A stretch of DNA of 35,605 nt from a virus (IMGVR_UViG_3300032243_000269:1-35605), one strand, 5' to 3'; shown: positions 1-9,923, counted from the first letter of the stretch. Notes: a model not told the origin generated them from the letters alone. A program made the numbers and translations.

Positions 1-2
1 AT

Positions 3-203
3 GTAGCACAATATCTTGATGCACAGGGTGCTGCTAATAAATGGGCTGGTACTACTGGTCTTGCAACTGTTGGTGCTTTAAACTATAAAGTTAGTGCAAG
101 CAGAACTTGTGATAATTTTAAAGACATTGATGGCGTATGCAATGAACTTGCATCAACAACTGGTCTAGCAGCACCTGCTGCCTTAAGGAGCATAAGCGCA
201 TAA
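3..203 (+). CDS. 3' part of a hypothetical (probably virion) protein, truncated by the window edge
   Basis: Open frame VAQYLDAQGAANKWAG...LRSISA* ending in TAA that overlaps the next ATG (TAATG at 201-205); not in the ORF track. Confidence 0.75.
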   Translation, partial: VAQYLDAQGAANKWAGTTGLATVGALNYKVSASRTCDNFKDIDGVCNELASTTGLAAPAALRSISA

Positions 204-1132
204 TGGCAACCACATTAACCAATATGATTGATGAAGTATCTATGAACTTGTCTGGATACACGTTAACTCAAGACCGTTCTACTTATCTTAAGACAGCAAT
301 CACTACAACAACATCTTCTAGTGCTGCTCCGTTAACCATCAGCCTTGGCTCAACAGCTAACGTAGGTATGGGCATTATTGAAATTGATGAAGAACTATTA
401 TGGGTAGATACATATGACAGAGTTAGCAACAGTGCTATTATTGCTCCCTACGGCAGAGGTTATCTAGGCACTACTGCTGCTACACACACTGCTGATACTA
501 AGGTAACTATTTCTCCTACTTTTCCAAGATTTACAATCAAGAGAGCAATCAACGATACTATCAATGCTTTAGGCGCTAGTATTTTTGCCGCTGCTACAAC
601 TACTATTACTTCTAACGCTGCTGTTGCAGCTTTTAGATTACCTGCCACTGGCAGCTCATTAAACATTCGTAATATCCTAGCTGTTGCCTATCAATCAATT
701 GGTGCCAGCAAGGAATGGATTCCTATTCGTTCTTGGCGTCTTGATAATAATGCTAACACTACTGCTTTTACCAGCGGTCAAACTATATCAATCTATGACC
801 GTGTTCCATCTGGTCGTACTATTCAAATTGTATATTCTTCAGAACCTGCTGTGTTTACCTCTAACTCTCAAGATTTTGCAACACAAACTGGATTGCCTGA
901 GTCTTGCAAAGACTTAACAATCCTAGGCGCTACCTATCGTTTGCTTACTAACCTAGACCCAGCTCGTGCTGCAATGGTATCTCCACAAGCTGATGAGACA
1001 GATAGCAAACGTCCATATGGTTCAGTTCAAACTATTACCAAAAACATTTATGGCTTGTACAGTCAACGACTAGCCGAAGAAATTAAGAAGCAAGAAAATA
1101 GATATCCTATCCGTGTCCACTACTCCCTCTAA
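203..1132 (+). CDS. putative head-tail adaptor / tail tubular protein A
   Basis: 309 aa, AAGGAG RBS, position between capsid region and fibre genes; function inferred from synteny only. Confidence 0.55.
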   Translation: MATTLTNMIDEVSMNLSGYTLTQDRSTYLKTAITTTTSSSAAPLTISLGSTANVGMGIIEIDEELLWVDTYDRVSNSAIIAPYGRGYLGTTAATHTADTKVTISPTFPRFTIKRAINDTINALGASIFAAATTTITSNAAVAAFRLPATGSSLNIRNILAVAYQSIGASKEWIPIRSWRLDNNANTTAFTSGQTISIYDRVPSGRTIQIVYSSEPAVFTSNSQDFATQTGLPESCKDLTILGATYRLLTNLDPARAAMVSPQADETDSKRPYGSVQTITKNIYGLYSQRLAEEIKKQENRYPIRVHYSL

Positions 1133-1144
1133 ATAGGAACATAA

Positions 1145-2920
1145 ATGACAACTAGAAAATACTCATCCCGTGCTCAACAGACCACGTTATCTGCTGCCAT
1201 AACTTCTACGACTGCAACCACTATGACGGTTGCCAGTCCTACATTACTCATGGGTGGAAAAACATTAGCTGCTAATGAAACTTACACAGTAGTCATTGAC
1301 CCGGATACAGCTGTTGAAGAAATTGTAAATATTGTATCTAGTGCTGGCAACCCGGTATCTGGTTCTACTCTAACTATTACTAGAGGTGTAGATAGCGATA
1401 CTCCTGGCACTGGTTCTCTTCACAGCATTGGCGCAGTAATTCGCCATATGGTTATTGGTCGTGACCTACAAGAGGCTAATGACCACATTGAAGCAACCAC
1501 AGGACACGGTGCAACTGGTGCTGTAGTTGGTACAACTAACACTCAGGTTCTTACAAATAAAGATTTAACAAGTGCTACTAATACACTTTCTACTTCAGTA
1601 GTAACACTTACTGGAACTCAAGTATTAAGTGGTAAAACTTTAACTAGTCCTATTTTAACCACCCCAGCACTTGGAACTCCAGCATCTGGTGTACTTACAA
1701 ATACAACTGGATTACCTTTAACTACAGGTGTAACTGGAACTCTTCCAGTAGCCAATGGTGGTACTGGTATTACTGCACTTGGAACTGGCGTAGCTACATT
1801 CCTAGGCACTCCATCTAGTGCTAACTTTGCCGCTGCTCTTACAGATGAGACTGGAACTGGTTCAGTAGTACTTGCTACTAGCCCAACTCTTGTAACTCCA
1901 GTATTAGGTGTAGCAACAGCCACATCTATTAATGGTACAACTATTCCTACAAGTGCTACCCTTGTTAAGACAAGTGATACTGGCACTGTAACTAGCACTA
2001 TGATTCTTGATGGAACCATTGTTAACGCTGATATTAATACCTCTGCTCAGATTGCATATGGTAAAACTAACCTTACAAATAGCATTGTTAATGCTGACAT
2101 TAACGCATCGGCTGCTATTGACTGGACAAAATTAGGCATATCATCTACTGTTTCATCAACTGAAATTGGTTATGTAGATGGTGTAACTTCTGCTATTCAA
2201 ACTCAATTAGATTCTAAATTAGCAACTGCTACAGCAGCAACTACCTATGCTCCATTGGCTAGCCCAGCATTAACTGGTACTCCTACTGCACCTACTGCTA
2301 CTGCTGGAACTAGCACTACTCAAGTTGCAACAACAGCGTTTGTTGGAACTGCAGTATCTAACCTTGTAGCATCAGCACCTGCAGCCCTTGATACTCTTAA
2401 TGAGTTGGCAACTGCCCTTGGTAACGATGCAGCATTTTCAACAACAGTAACCAACTCTATTGCTACTAAATTACCTCTTGCTGGTGGCACTATGACTGGT
2501 GCTATTGCAATGGGTACTAATAAAATTACAGGACTAGGTACACCTACAACATCTACAGATGCTGCAACAAAAGGTTATATTGATACCGTAGTACTTGCAC
2601 CTAGCAATTTGACTGGCCCAATTACATCTGTTGGTGCTACAACATCTATTGCGTCACAGACTGGAACTGGAACTAAGTTTGTAGTAGATACAAGCCCTAC
2701 CCTTGTTACTCCAGTCTTGGGAGTGGCTACTGCTACATCTATTAATGGAACTACAATCCCATCAAGTAAGACTTTAGTTGCTACTGACTCAACTACTTAT
2801 GTAGTACCAAGTCAAACTGGTAACTCAGGTAAGTATTTGACTACAGATGGAACTACCTCATCTTGGGGTACAATTACAATTGACCCTACCCCAACAGCAT
2901 TTATGCTGATGGGTGCTTAA
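1145..2920 (+). CDS. tail fibre protein
   Basis: Thr/Ala/Gly-rich 591 aa with the typical phage fibre segments [16 protein letters not shown]...TQVATTAFV and [18 protein letters not shown], plus internal repeats. Confidence 0.85.
   Translation: MTTRKYSSRAQQTTLSAAITSTTATTMTVASPTLLMGGKTLAANETYTVVIDPDTAVEEIVNIVSSAGNPVSGSTLTITRGVDSDTPGTGSLHSIGAVIRHMVIGRDLQEANDHIEATTGHGATGAVVGTTNTQVLTNKDLTSATNTLSTSVVTLTGTQVLSGKTLTSPILTTPALGTPASGVLTNTTGLPLTTGVTGTLPVANGGTGITALGTGVATFLGTPSSANFAAALTDETGTGSVVLATSPTLVTPVLGVATATSINGTTIPTSATLVKTSDTGTVTSTMILDGTIVNADINTSAQIAYGKTNLTNSIVNADINASAAIDWTKLGISSTVSSTEIGYVDGVTSAIQTQLDSKLATATAATTYAPLASPALTGTPTAPTATAGTSTTQVATTAFVGTAVSNLVASAPAALDTLNELATALGNDAAFSTTVTNSIATKLPLAGGTMTGAIAMGTNKITGLGTPTTSTDAATKGYIDTVVLAPSNLTGPITSVGATTSIASQTGTGTKFVVDTSPTLVTPVLGVATATSINGTTIPSSKTLVATDSTTYVVPSQTGNSGKYLTTDGTTSSWGTITIDPTPTAFMLMGA
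1877..2761 (+). repeat. duplicated 24-codon segment (1877-1948 and 2690-2761) in the tail fibre
   Basis: Both copies encode [24 protein letters not shown]; 16 of 24 codons differ synonymously. Confidence 0.9.
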
Positions 2921-2940
2921 CCAACACTAAGGAGAAATAA

Positions 2941-3270
2941 ATGGCAACAACATATAAAGTGCTTGGTCAAGTAAACCCAAGCGCAACAACAGCAACAACT
3001 CTATATACAGTACCTGCATCTACTGCAACAGTAGTATCTACAATAACAGTATGTAATCAAGCAGCATCTTCCGCTACATTCCGTATAGCAATTAGACCTG
3101 CTGGAGCAACTCTTGCGGCAATTCATTATGTTGCTTATGACTCTACTGTGGCTGCTAATGATACAACAGCCCTTACATTGGGTGTTACCCTTGCTACTAC
3201 AGATGTCATTACCGTATACGCATCAACAGCAACTATTTCATTCAACGCATACGGAAGCGAGATTGCATAA
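2941..3270 (+). CDS. small beta-rich fibre-associated adaptor protein (paralogue of 4571-4876)
   Basis: 109 aa, AAGGAG RBS; shares TTLYTVP..T.T.V..I.V.N.A.S..TF.IA and a C-terminal I.F...G.E with 4571-4876. Confidence 0.7.
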   Translation: MATTYKVLGQVNPSATTATTLYTVPASTATVVSTITVCNQAASSATFRIAIRPAGATLAAIHYVAYDSTVAANDTTALTLGVTLATTDVITVYASTATISFNAYGSEIA

Positions 3271-4256
3271 TGGCTATATCTAAAGTTAATGCAGTAGTAG
3301 CAACAAGTACTCCATCTGCTATTGCTAATTCTATTGTAACTGCATATGTTGATAAAGTTATTACACGAACTTTTGATACTGGTGTTTATACAGTTTCCGT
3401 ATCTCCAACTTCTTCAACCGCAAGAGTAACATTTCTTTCTGGAAATACTTATATAGGCGTGGCAGAAACGATTTCTGGTACTATAAATTATAATCTTGGA
3501 ACTGCTGCAACTAAAGCATACATTCAATCAAACACTGCAAGTGATGTTGTTACGGTCAATTTAATTGCAAGTACTCCTGTTGCCACTTCTATTAGTGGAA
3601 CATTAGACACAATTACATCTTCTGGAACTTATACTCAAACTGGTCTTTTATGGGTACTTGCTATTGGTGGAGGTGGAGGTGGAGGTTCTGACCAACAGAA
3701 CAATGGCGCTGGTGGTGGTGGTAGCGGTGCTATGGCAATGTATTATGGAAATGTTTCTGGTTCAACAACCGTAACTATTGGTGCGGCAGGAGTTGCTAGT
3801 AGTTCACTTAATACCGATGGTACTGCTGGTGGGCAAACAAGTTTTGGTTCCCTTGCAGTTGCTGGCGGTGGCAGTGGTGGCATAAGGGCATCAGCAAGTG
3901 CTGCAGGAGGCGCAGGTGGAACAGCAACTGTTGGTACTGCATTAATTAATGGTGTTAGCGGGGGCTCTGGTAGTAATGGTAATGGTAACTCTGTTATAAA
4001 CAATTACCAGGTTATTAAATCTGGCACATACGGTTCTGGTCACGGCGGTAAAGGTGATGGTTATGGTAATACTGCAGTAGGCGGAGGCAGTGGAGGTATT
4101 GGTCAAGGTGGTGCAGGCGGTGGCGGTGCCACAGCAGCAACTGCTGCAACTGGATATGGTTCTGGCGGTGGCGGTGGCGGTTGTTACAATGGTAATAGCG
4201 GTTCTTTAGGTTCAAACGGTACTCCTGGAGTAATTTACGTATTGAGAGGTTTTTAA
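3270..4256 (+). CDS. glycine-rich tail/receptor-binding protein 1
   Basis: Runs of GGGGG separated by short variable loops; C-terminal GxxG-VIYVL strand; TAATG coupling to the upstream gene. Confidence 0.7.
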   Translation: MAISKVNAVVATSTPSAIANSIVTAYVDKVITRTFDTGVYTVSVSPTSSTARVTFLSGNTYIGVAETISGTINYNLGTAATKAYIQSNTASDVVTVNLIASTPVATSISGTLDTITSSGTYTQTGLLWVLAIGGGGGGGSDQQNNGAGGGGSGAMAMYYGNVSGSTTVTIGAAGVASSSLNTDGTAGGQTSFGSLAVAGGGSGGIRASASAAGGAGGTATVGTALINGVSGGSGSNGNGNSVINNYQVIKSGTYGSGHGGKGDGYGNTAVGGGSGGIGQGGAGGGGATAATAATGYGSGGGGGGCYNGNSGSLGSNGTPGVIYVLRGF

Positions 4257-4257
4257 T

Positions 4258-4551
4258 ATGGCAAACTTTGCAGTAATTGAAAATAACAATGTTATTAATA
4301 CTATTGTTGCTGAATCAAAAACAATAGCAGAACAAGTTACGGGTAAAACCTGTATTGAATATACAGATGCTAATCCAGCCTGCATCAACGGTACCTATAA
4401 TGGGTCTGTCTTTATTTCTCCTAAACCGTACGCTTCTTGGGTACTAGATGGAAGTACTAAACAATGGAAAGCACCTACACCAATGCCTACAACAGAAGGT
4501 AAATTTTACGATTGGTCAGAAGAAGACTTGAATTGGAAAGAAGTAAAATAA
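4258..4551 (+). CDS. small fibre-associated (assembly/chaperone-like) protein
   Basis: 97 aa, MANFAVIENN.V.N.IV ... PKPYASWVLD...WKAP.PMP...Y.W.E...W; this type commonly follows Gly-rich phage tail genes. Confidence 0.6.
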   Translation: MANFAVIENNNVINTIVAESKTIAEQVTGKTCIEYTDANPACINGTYNGSVFISPKPYASWVLDGSTKQWKAPTPMPTTEGKFYDWSEEDLNWKEVK

Positions 4552-4570
4552 CTAAGGAGCACTGTAACTA

Positions 4571-4876
4571 ATGGCTTTAACCAAAAAGATTCTATTTAGA
4601 GGTGCTGCTACTACAACTGTAGGAACAACTCTTTATACAGTTCCTCCTTCAACAATAACAACTGTGTTAAATATTGTAGTAACTAATACTGCTAGTAGCG
4701 TTGGCACATTTACAATTGCCCTTGATTCAACAACCATACATACAACTACAAGCATTGGCCCTAACTCAAGTACCTATATTGACTGTAGTCAAATCATTAC
4801 TGCTGGTATGACTATTACTGGTGGAGCATCAGCAACTAGCATTAACTTCCATATTTCTGGAGAAGAGAATTCTTAG
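4571..4876 (+). CDS. small beta-rich fibre-associated adaptor protein (paralogue of 2941-3270)
   Basis: 101 aa, AAGGAG RBS, aligns by eye with 2941-3270. Confidence 0.7.
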   Translation: MALTKKILFRGAATTTVGTTLYTVPPSTITTVLNIVVTNTASSVGTFTIALDSTTIHTTTSIGPNSSTYIDCSQIITAGMTITGGASATSINFHISGEENS

Positions 4877-5733
4877 TGGGAATTGAAAATGTTCCAGATA
4901 GCGCACCTTGGATTAACACTCATTTTAATCTTCCTTATGGATTAAATTTACGACAAACAATTAACGCAGGAACGACATCAGTAACAATTCCTGCTGGAGT
5001 TACATTTGTTTACGCTATTGCAGTTGGTGGTGGCGGTAGTGGAAGTGCTGCGGGCGGTGGTGGCGGAGCAGGCGCTGTGTCTTGGGGTTGGACAATAGCA
5101 ACTTCTAGTTGCATTGTTGGCGCAGGTGGTGGCGGTGGTGGTGGATATACACGCTACGGAAATGTAATTGCGGGCGGTGGTGGCGGAGGAAATGCTGCTG
5201 GTTCACTCGGTAGCGGAGGCGGAGGAAATGCTGCTGGTTCAACAAATTATTATGGTATTCCAGGTGGTGCCGCTGGTGCTGCTAGTGCAAAAGGCGCATC
5301 TGGCTCAGGCGCAGGTGGTGGTGGAACTTCTGCAACTAACGGAGTCAATGGTGGTATAGGTGGCGATGGGATTTCTGGTGGCGGTGGTGGTAATAGCCAA
5401 ACAGCAGGTGCATCCACAAATACTGGTGCAGTAGGCGGAAATGGTTTAGCAGGTGGCGGTGGTGGAAGGGGTACTCTTTCAACGACATCAAATGTAGGCG
5501 GAACTGGCGGTAATGGAGTAAATATCCTTACTGGTGCTGCAACAACTGGTGGCGCAGGAACTACAGCAGGTTCAGGTAGCACAGGTGCAGGCGGTGGAGG
5601 CGCTGGTATTGCTGGTAATGGAAATCCTGCCGTTACAACCACAGGCGGCGCAGGTGGTCTTGGTGGTGGAGGCGGAGGCGGAGGAAATGCAGGTGGCGCA
5701 GGTGGCGCAGGAATACTTTACCTTTTCTACTAG
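4876..5733 (+). CDS. glycine-rich tail/receptor-binding protein 2
   Basis: GTG start overlapping the upstream TAG; polyglycine tracts; paralogous to 5743-6588. Confidence 0.7.
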   Translation: MGIENVPDSAPWINTHFNLPYGLNLRQTINAGTTSVTIPAGVTFVYAIAVGGGGSGSAAGGGGGAGAVSWGWTIATSSCIVGAGGGGGGGYTRYGNVIAGGGGGGNAAGSLGSGGGGNAAGSTNYYGIPGGAAGAASAKGASGSGAGGGGTSATNGVNGGIGGDGISGGGGGNSQTAGASTNTGAVGGNGLAGGGGGRGTLSTTSNVGGTGGNGVNILTGAATTGGAGTTAGSGSTGAGGGGAGIAGNGNPAVTTTGGAGGLGGGGGGGGNAGGAGGAGILYLFY

Positions 5734-5742
5734 GAGACAATT

Positions 5743-6588
5743 ATGAGCGCATCAATTTATAGCAATTCATCATTTACCGATACTCCTTACGGACTCAAAC
5801 TGCAACGCACAATTACCGCAACAGGAACAACATCAATCACAGATATTCCCGCTGGTATTAAAAGAGTTTATGCAATCGTAATTGGTGGTGGCGGAGCTGG
5901 AAGCACACAAACCACAGGCGGTGGTGGTGGCGGTGGAGCAGGAGGATATTCTGCTGGTTGGACTTATGTTTCAACTTCAGTAACTGTTGGTGCAGGAGGT
6001 ACTGGTTCATCATCTGCTGCTGCTGGTAACAACGGCGGTTTATCAATTTATGGAATGGTATTTGCTGGTGGTGGTTCGGGCGGACAAAACAGCCCAAATG
6101 GTGGTGCTGCTGGTGGTGCAACAACTTCAACTGGTAACGGTTCAACAATTTCATACACTGGTGCACCTGCTGCTAGCGGACAGTTGATTGTTTCTTATGC
6201 TGGTGGTGCAGGTAATACAGTAGGAAATGGTGCAGATGGAATATCTAGTGGCGGTGGTGGTGCTAGTGCCTTAGTAACAGGAAGTCGTGTTGCTTTTGCT
6301 GGTGGTCGTGGTCTTATCTGCGGTGGTGGTGGGGCAGTAGGTACAGCAGGAACAGGTACAGGCGGTGCTGGCGGTACTGGAGATTTTTACGCTGGCGGTA
6401 CTGGTTCATCAGGAACAGGAATAGGTTTTGGTGGAGGCGGAGGCGGTGCAGGTTATACAGGCGCTGGCACTAACGCTTCTGCTAACAATGGCGGCAATGG
6501 TGGCTCAGGCGGTGGTGGTGGAGGCGGTGCCTCAACACTAGGCACTGCTGGTTCAGGCGGCGATGGCGTTGTTTTTCTATACTACTAA
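5743..6588 (+). CDS. glycine-rich tail/receptor-binding protein 3
   Basis: AGGAG RBS; shares PYGL.L..TI.A..GTTS.T.IPAG...VYAI..GGGG and a C-terminal G...L(F/Y)Y with 4876-5733. Confidence 0.7.
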   Translation: MSASIYSNSSFTDTPYGLKLQRTITATGTTSITDIPAGIKRVYAIVIGGGGAGSTQTTGGGGGGGAGGYSAGWTYVSTSVTVGAGGTGSSSAAAGNNGGLSIYGMVFAGGGSGGQNSPNGGAAGGATTSTGNGSTISYTGAPAASGQLIVSYAGGAGNTVGNGADGISSGGGGASALVTGSRVAFAGGRGLICGGGGAVGTAGTGTGGAGGTGDFYAGGTGSSGTGIGFGGGGGGAGYTGAGTNASANNGGNGGSGGGGGGGASTLGTAGSGGDGVVFLYY

Positions 6589-6597
6589 GGAGTTCTA

Positions 6598-8541
6598 ATG
6601 GTCAGTCGTGATATAACCGAAGGTCGTGGTTCGACAACAGTCGGTACTGGCTACGCCATTGCCGTTGATATTGGTATTAACTCTAATAGCTCTGTCTGGA
6701 CAAACACAGATATAGCTTATGATGTAGCCATAGGTGGCATGCCATTTATCTATGCTCTTTCAGATGCACGGCCATATACTAGACAGACAGCTCCATTTAG
6801 AAAAGAACAGTTTGATAACAACAACGAGCCAGGTGAGCAATCACTTACCGGCTGGTGGATTAGAAGTCAATCATCTTTTCACAATGGTACAGGTATTAAG
6901 TTCTATGACCCATCTGCTGGTGAGACAACAGCGCATAGGTTTGCCGACTGTTTGGGCGTAGATGTATGGACTAAAGGACAAGTAACTTTACTTAAAGAGA
7001 GTACTAATACTACTACCTCTAGCGGTATATATAAACTTATATCAAATGTATCTGGTAGTACAGATGTAGTTACTGCATACATTCCTACAAGTAGCACACT
7101 TAAAGACATTACAACTACTGGCTCAACTAATACTACATATGCAACAACTTCATCTGCAATCATAGATGTAGTAAGCAATGGAACAACTTTGTTTGTTGCC
7201 GATGCTACCCGCATTTATTATCAAACTATTGGTGCTACAGGTGCTTTAAACAACCATTACACTACTGGCAATTCAAAAGTAAAAATGGCGTGGGTTAAAC
7301 AACGTCTTGTTGCTGCTATAAATACATCTATATATGAATTAACTGGTGCTCTTGGCACTACTACTTTACCAACCCCTGTTTATACTCACCCTAACACTGG
7401 TTGGACTTGGACATCTATATCTGAATCAGGTTCTGCTATCTATGCTTCTGGTTATGCTGGTGGTACATCTGCTATTTATAAATTTGTTTTATCTACTCTT
7501 GGTGGTATGCCTACTCTTACCTCAGGTATTATTGCAGCACAATTACCAATAGGTGAAATAATAAATAAAATTGAATCTTATTTAGGTTATTTAGTAATTG
7601 GCACCAACAAAGGTGTGCGTGTAGCATCTATATCAGATACTAATGGAGACTTAAGTTATGGTCCATTAATTATTGAAGATAGCTTAGGCACTACAGCAGC
7701 CCGTGACTTTGCATTTAGAGATAGATTTGTTTATGCAACTGGTTCTATCAATACTTATCCTGGAATATATAGAATTGATTTAGGTAATGAGCTTGAGACA
7801 TTACGTTTTGCCTATGCTCCTGATACCTATCTTGATGGAGTAACTGGTTATGCTACTACCGTAGATTTTATTGGCACCTCAGACCAACTAGCATTTACTA
7901 CATCAGGTAGCAATGGTATTGTAATTCAGTCTGCATCTACTTTAATATCAAGTGGTTATATTAAGACTGGCAAAATTCGTTACGGAACACTAGAGCCTAA
8001 GAACTTTAAAAGATTAATAGGACGCGGGATATTTAATGCTGGGTCTATGACCCTATCAAGCGTAGCTACTAACACAGTAGGTGGCGATGTTGAGTATGAC
8101 CATGTTGTCTACGATACCGGAGTTAGCCCAGTAGAGATAACTACCCTTAAGCCTGAGACTGCTCAAGAATTTTTAGCATATAAATTTACATTGACCCGTG
8201 ATGCTACAACTACATCAACTGGTCCTACCTTTAAAGGTTACCAAGTTAAAGCAACTATTGCTACACCTCGTGTAAGGTTAATTAAGTTTCCTGTCTATTG
8301 CTTTGATATAGAAACAGATAGATACAACACGGTTACAGGCTATGCAGGTAGAGCATCTGAACGTATTGCTACATTAGAAGCATTAGAAAAATCTGGAGAT
8401 GTACTCAGCTGGCAAGACCTTACCACTGGTGAGCTGCAACAAGCAGTGATAGAACAGATTTCATTTACCCGCATGACACCACCTGATAGAACCTTTGATG
8501 GCTTTGGAGGAATCATAGAAATTATGATTAGGACAGTATAA
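6598..8541 (+). CDS. tail protein, probable tail tubular protein B / nozzle (beta-propeller-like)
   Basis: 647 aa of short beta-strand repeats at the end of the tail module; function by synteny and size. Confidence 0.55.
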   Translation: MVSRDITEGRGSTTVGTGYAIAVDIGINSNSSVWTNTDIAYDVAIGGMPFIYALSDARPYTRQTAPFRKEQFDNNNEPGEQSLTGWWIRSQSSFHNGTGIKFYDPSAGETTAHRFADCLGVDVWTKGQVTLLKESTNTTTSSGIYKLISNVSGSTDVVTAYIPTSSTLKDITTTGSTNTTYATTSSAIIDVVSNGTTLFVADATRIYYQTIGATGALNNHYTTGNSKVKMAWVKQRLVAAINTSIYELTGALGTTTLPTPVYTHPNTGWTWTSISESGSAIYASGYAGGTSAIYKFVLSTLGGMPTLTSGIIAAQLPIGEIINKIESYLGYLVIGTNKGVRVASISDTNGDLSYGPLIIEDSLGTTAARDFAFRDRFVYATGSINTYPGIYRIDLGNELETLRFAYAPDTYLDGVTGYATTVDFIGTSDQLAFTTSGSNGIVIQSASTLISSGYIKTGKIRYGTLEPKNFKRLIGRGIFNAGSMTLSSVATNTVGGDVEYDHVVYDTGVSPVEITTLKPETAQEFLAYKFTLTRDATTTSTGPTFKGYQVKATIATPRVRLIKFPVYCFDIETDRYNTVTGYAGRASERIATLEALEKSGDVLSWQDLTTGELQQAVIEQISFTRMTPPDRTFDGFGGIIEIMIRTV

Positions 8542-8753
8542 TGACACCGAATGATTACGCAGCACTAGTAGTAGCAATAACAACACTTGTTGGAGCCCTT
8601 GCTGCTGCGATTAGATGGATGGTAAAGCATTACCTTGCTGAACTTAAACCAAATGGAGGCTCAAGCCTTCGTGATAAAGTCAATCAACTAGACGACAAGG
8701 TAGAACTTTTAACAAAGTTAGTAATACAATCATTAAAGAATGGGCAAAAATGA
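8541..8753 (+). CDS. single-TM membrane protein (holin/lysis accessory)
   Basis: Hydrophobic ALVVAITTLVGALAAAI followed by YLAELKPNGGSSLRDKV coiled segment; directly before the endolysin. Confidence 0.65.
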   Translation: MTPNDYAALVVAITTLVGALAAAIRWMVKHYLAELKPNGGSSLRDKVNQLDDKVELLTKLVIQSLKNGQK

Positions 8754-9205
8754 GTGTAGTAGATATAGCCAAGTCTCAGGTAGGATACAAAGAAGTTGGC
8801 AAGAATAATGACAGTATGTATGGCAAGTGGTATGGGCTAAACAATAATCCTTGGTGCGCCATGTTTGTATCTTGGTGTTTTGACCAAGCAGGGCTAGCCG
8901 ACAAGGTAGCAGCCCAAACTAAAAAAGGATTTGCCTCCTGTCAAGCAGGGCTTAAATGGTTTATAAGTAGAGGTAAGGGTGTCCCGGTTGGTAAAGCACA
9001 AGCTGGTGATATAGTATTCTTCCAATTCGATGCTGATGCAGAGGCCGACCATGTTGGTATTTGTGCTAGCAACGATGGAAAGAAATACCTTATGGTCTAT
9101 GAGGGTAATACCTCAGGGGATGCTAAGGGCAGTCAATCAAACGGAGATGGTGTGTTTCTAAAGAAGCGTGCTTACTCCCTAGTAATGGGCGTTGCTCGCC
9201 CTTAA
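8750..9205 (+). CDS. endolysin, CHAP (NlpC/P60 superfamily) peptidase
   Basis: PWCAMFVSW (catalytic Cys), GDIVFF, DHVGI (His), EGNT. Confidence 0.9.
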   Translation: MSVVDIAKSQVGYKEVGKNNDSMYGKWYGLNNNPWCAMFVSWCFDQAGLADKVAAQTKKGFASCQAGLKWFISRGKGVPVGKAQAGDIVFFQFDADAEADHVGICASNDGKKYLMVYEGNTSGDAKGSQSNGDGVFLKKRAYSLVMGVARP

Positions 9206-9214
9206 GGATGGAAT

Positions 9215-9406
9215 ATGAATACAACTAAATTAAAAGCAATTGTTGCTACTTATTTACGTGCAGCCGTTGCTGCCGTACTTGCGTTATATCTTTCTGGCGT
9301 AACTGACCTAAAGACACTTGCATTAGCGGGTGTTGCAGCAGTAGCAGGACCAGTTCTGAAGGCATTAGACCCATCAGCCACAGAATTTGGTCGTGGAAGT
9401 AACTAA
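9215..9406 (+). CDS. holin
   Basis: 63 aa, two hydrophobic helices, C-terminal LKALDP...FGRG, after the endolysin. Confidence 0.7.
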   Translation: MNTTKLKAIVATYLRAAVAAVLALYLSGVTDLKTLALAGVAAVAGPVLKALDPSATEFGRGSN

Positions 9407-9449
9407 TTACATACCTCTAATTGGGCTTTAAAGGCCCCTTAGAGACACG

Positions 9450-9493
9450 AAAACCCCCGGACTTAGGCTTACCCCTAGGACTGGGGGTTTTTT
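9450..9493. terminator. intrinsic terminator at the convergence of the late and early arms, possibly bidirectional
   Basis: AAAACCCCC(9450-9458)...GGGGGTTTT(9483-9491) stem with an inner TAGG/CCTA pairing; T-run on + and A-run on the other side. Confidence 0.8.
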
Positions 9494-9864
9494 CTGTTTG
9501 TCTGGAGTAACAACTCAGGCTTAATTAGGTAGCCACGGCTCTGGTTAGGTGGTATCTGACAGCTGATTGGGTATCCATCTATCTCAACGGCTAGGCGCAA
9601 TAGCTTGGTAGGCACAATTAGAACAGAGTCAGCTAATACAAATGCCCAGTATTCAGCTTTAGTTATTGACAGACCTGATGGTTGCCAACTATTAGCAGAT
9701 ACATACCAGCATTCTGTCTCTATATATAGATTGCCAGTGTTAACCCATTTAAAATCTGTCTTAACTTCTACTGTCCTACCACCAGTAAGCAAGGTGTTAA
9801 CAAGGTTCTCTCCTTGCACACCATTGCGATAGTCTAAATCAAAATCTGAATCTGAATTCTTAAT
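9475..9864 (-). CDS. PD-(D/E)xK-type nuclease-like protein (start uncertain: ATT at 9864 or GTG at 9819)
   Basis: TVEVKTD...TGNLYIE...W.PSG...TKAEYWAF motifs; frame open upstream of the track start (IKNSDSDFDLDYRNG) up to an AAAGGAAG RBS. Confidence 0.65.
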   Translation of the reverse strand: MKNSDSDFDLDYRNGVQGENLVNTLLTGGRTVEVKTDFKWVNTGNLYIETECWYVSANSWQPSGLSITKAEYWAFVLADSVLIVPTKLLRLAVEIDGYPISCQIPPNQSRGYLIKPELLLQTNRKNPQS

Positions 9865-9880
9865 TGCGTGTCTTCCTTTC

Positions 9881-9898
9881 CTGTACTGTACAGTACAG
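9881..9898. promoter_or_regulatory. perfect 18-bp palindrome CTGTACTGTACAGTACAG, candidate operator
   Basis: Self-complementary; intergenic between whiB and the nuclease gene RBS; function inferred. Confidence 0.45.
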
Positions 9899-9923
9899 TA
9901 TAATACCCTATGTTAGTAGGGGA

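Noticed and set aside
3660-6570. GGTGGC/GGCGGT repeats as a CRISPR array or tandem-repeat locus
   Set aside because: They are glycine codons inside ORFs, with no constant repeat-spacer period
4876-6588. Paralogous Gly-rich genes as a diversity-generating retroelement TR/VR pair
   Set aside because: No reverse transcriptase in the window and no near-identical repeat differing only at adenines was seen
460-7552. Antisense and alternate-frame ORFs within tail genes (e.g. 1618-2019, 3743-4003, 5250-5642, 6903-7214)
   Set aside because: Shadows of Thr/Gly/Ala codon bias, with no RBS or domain signal
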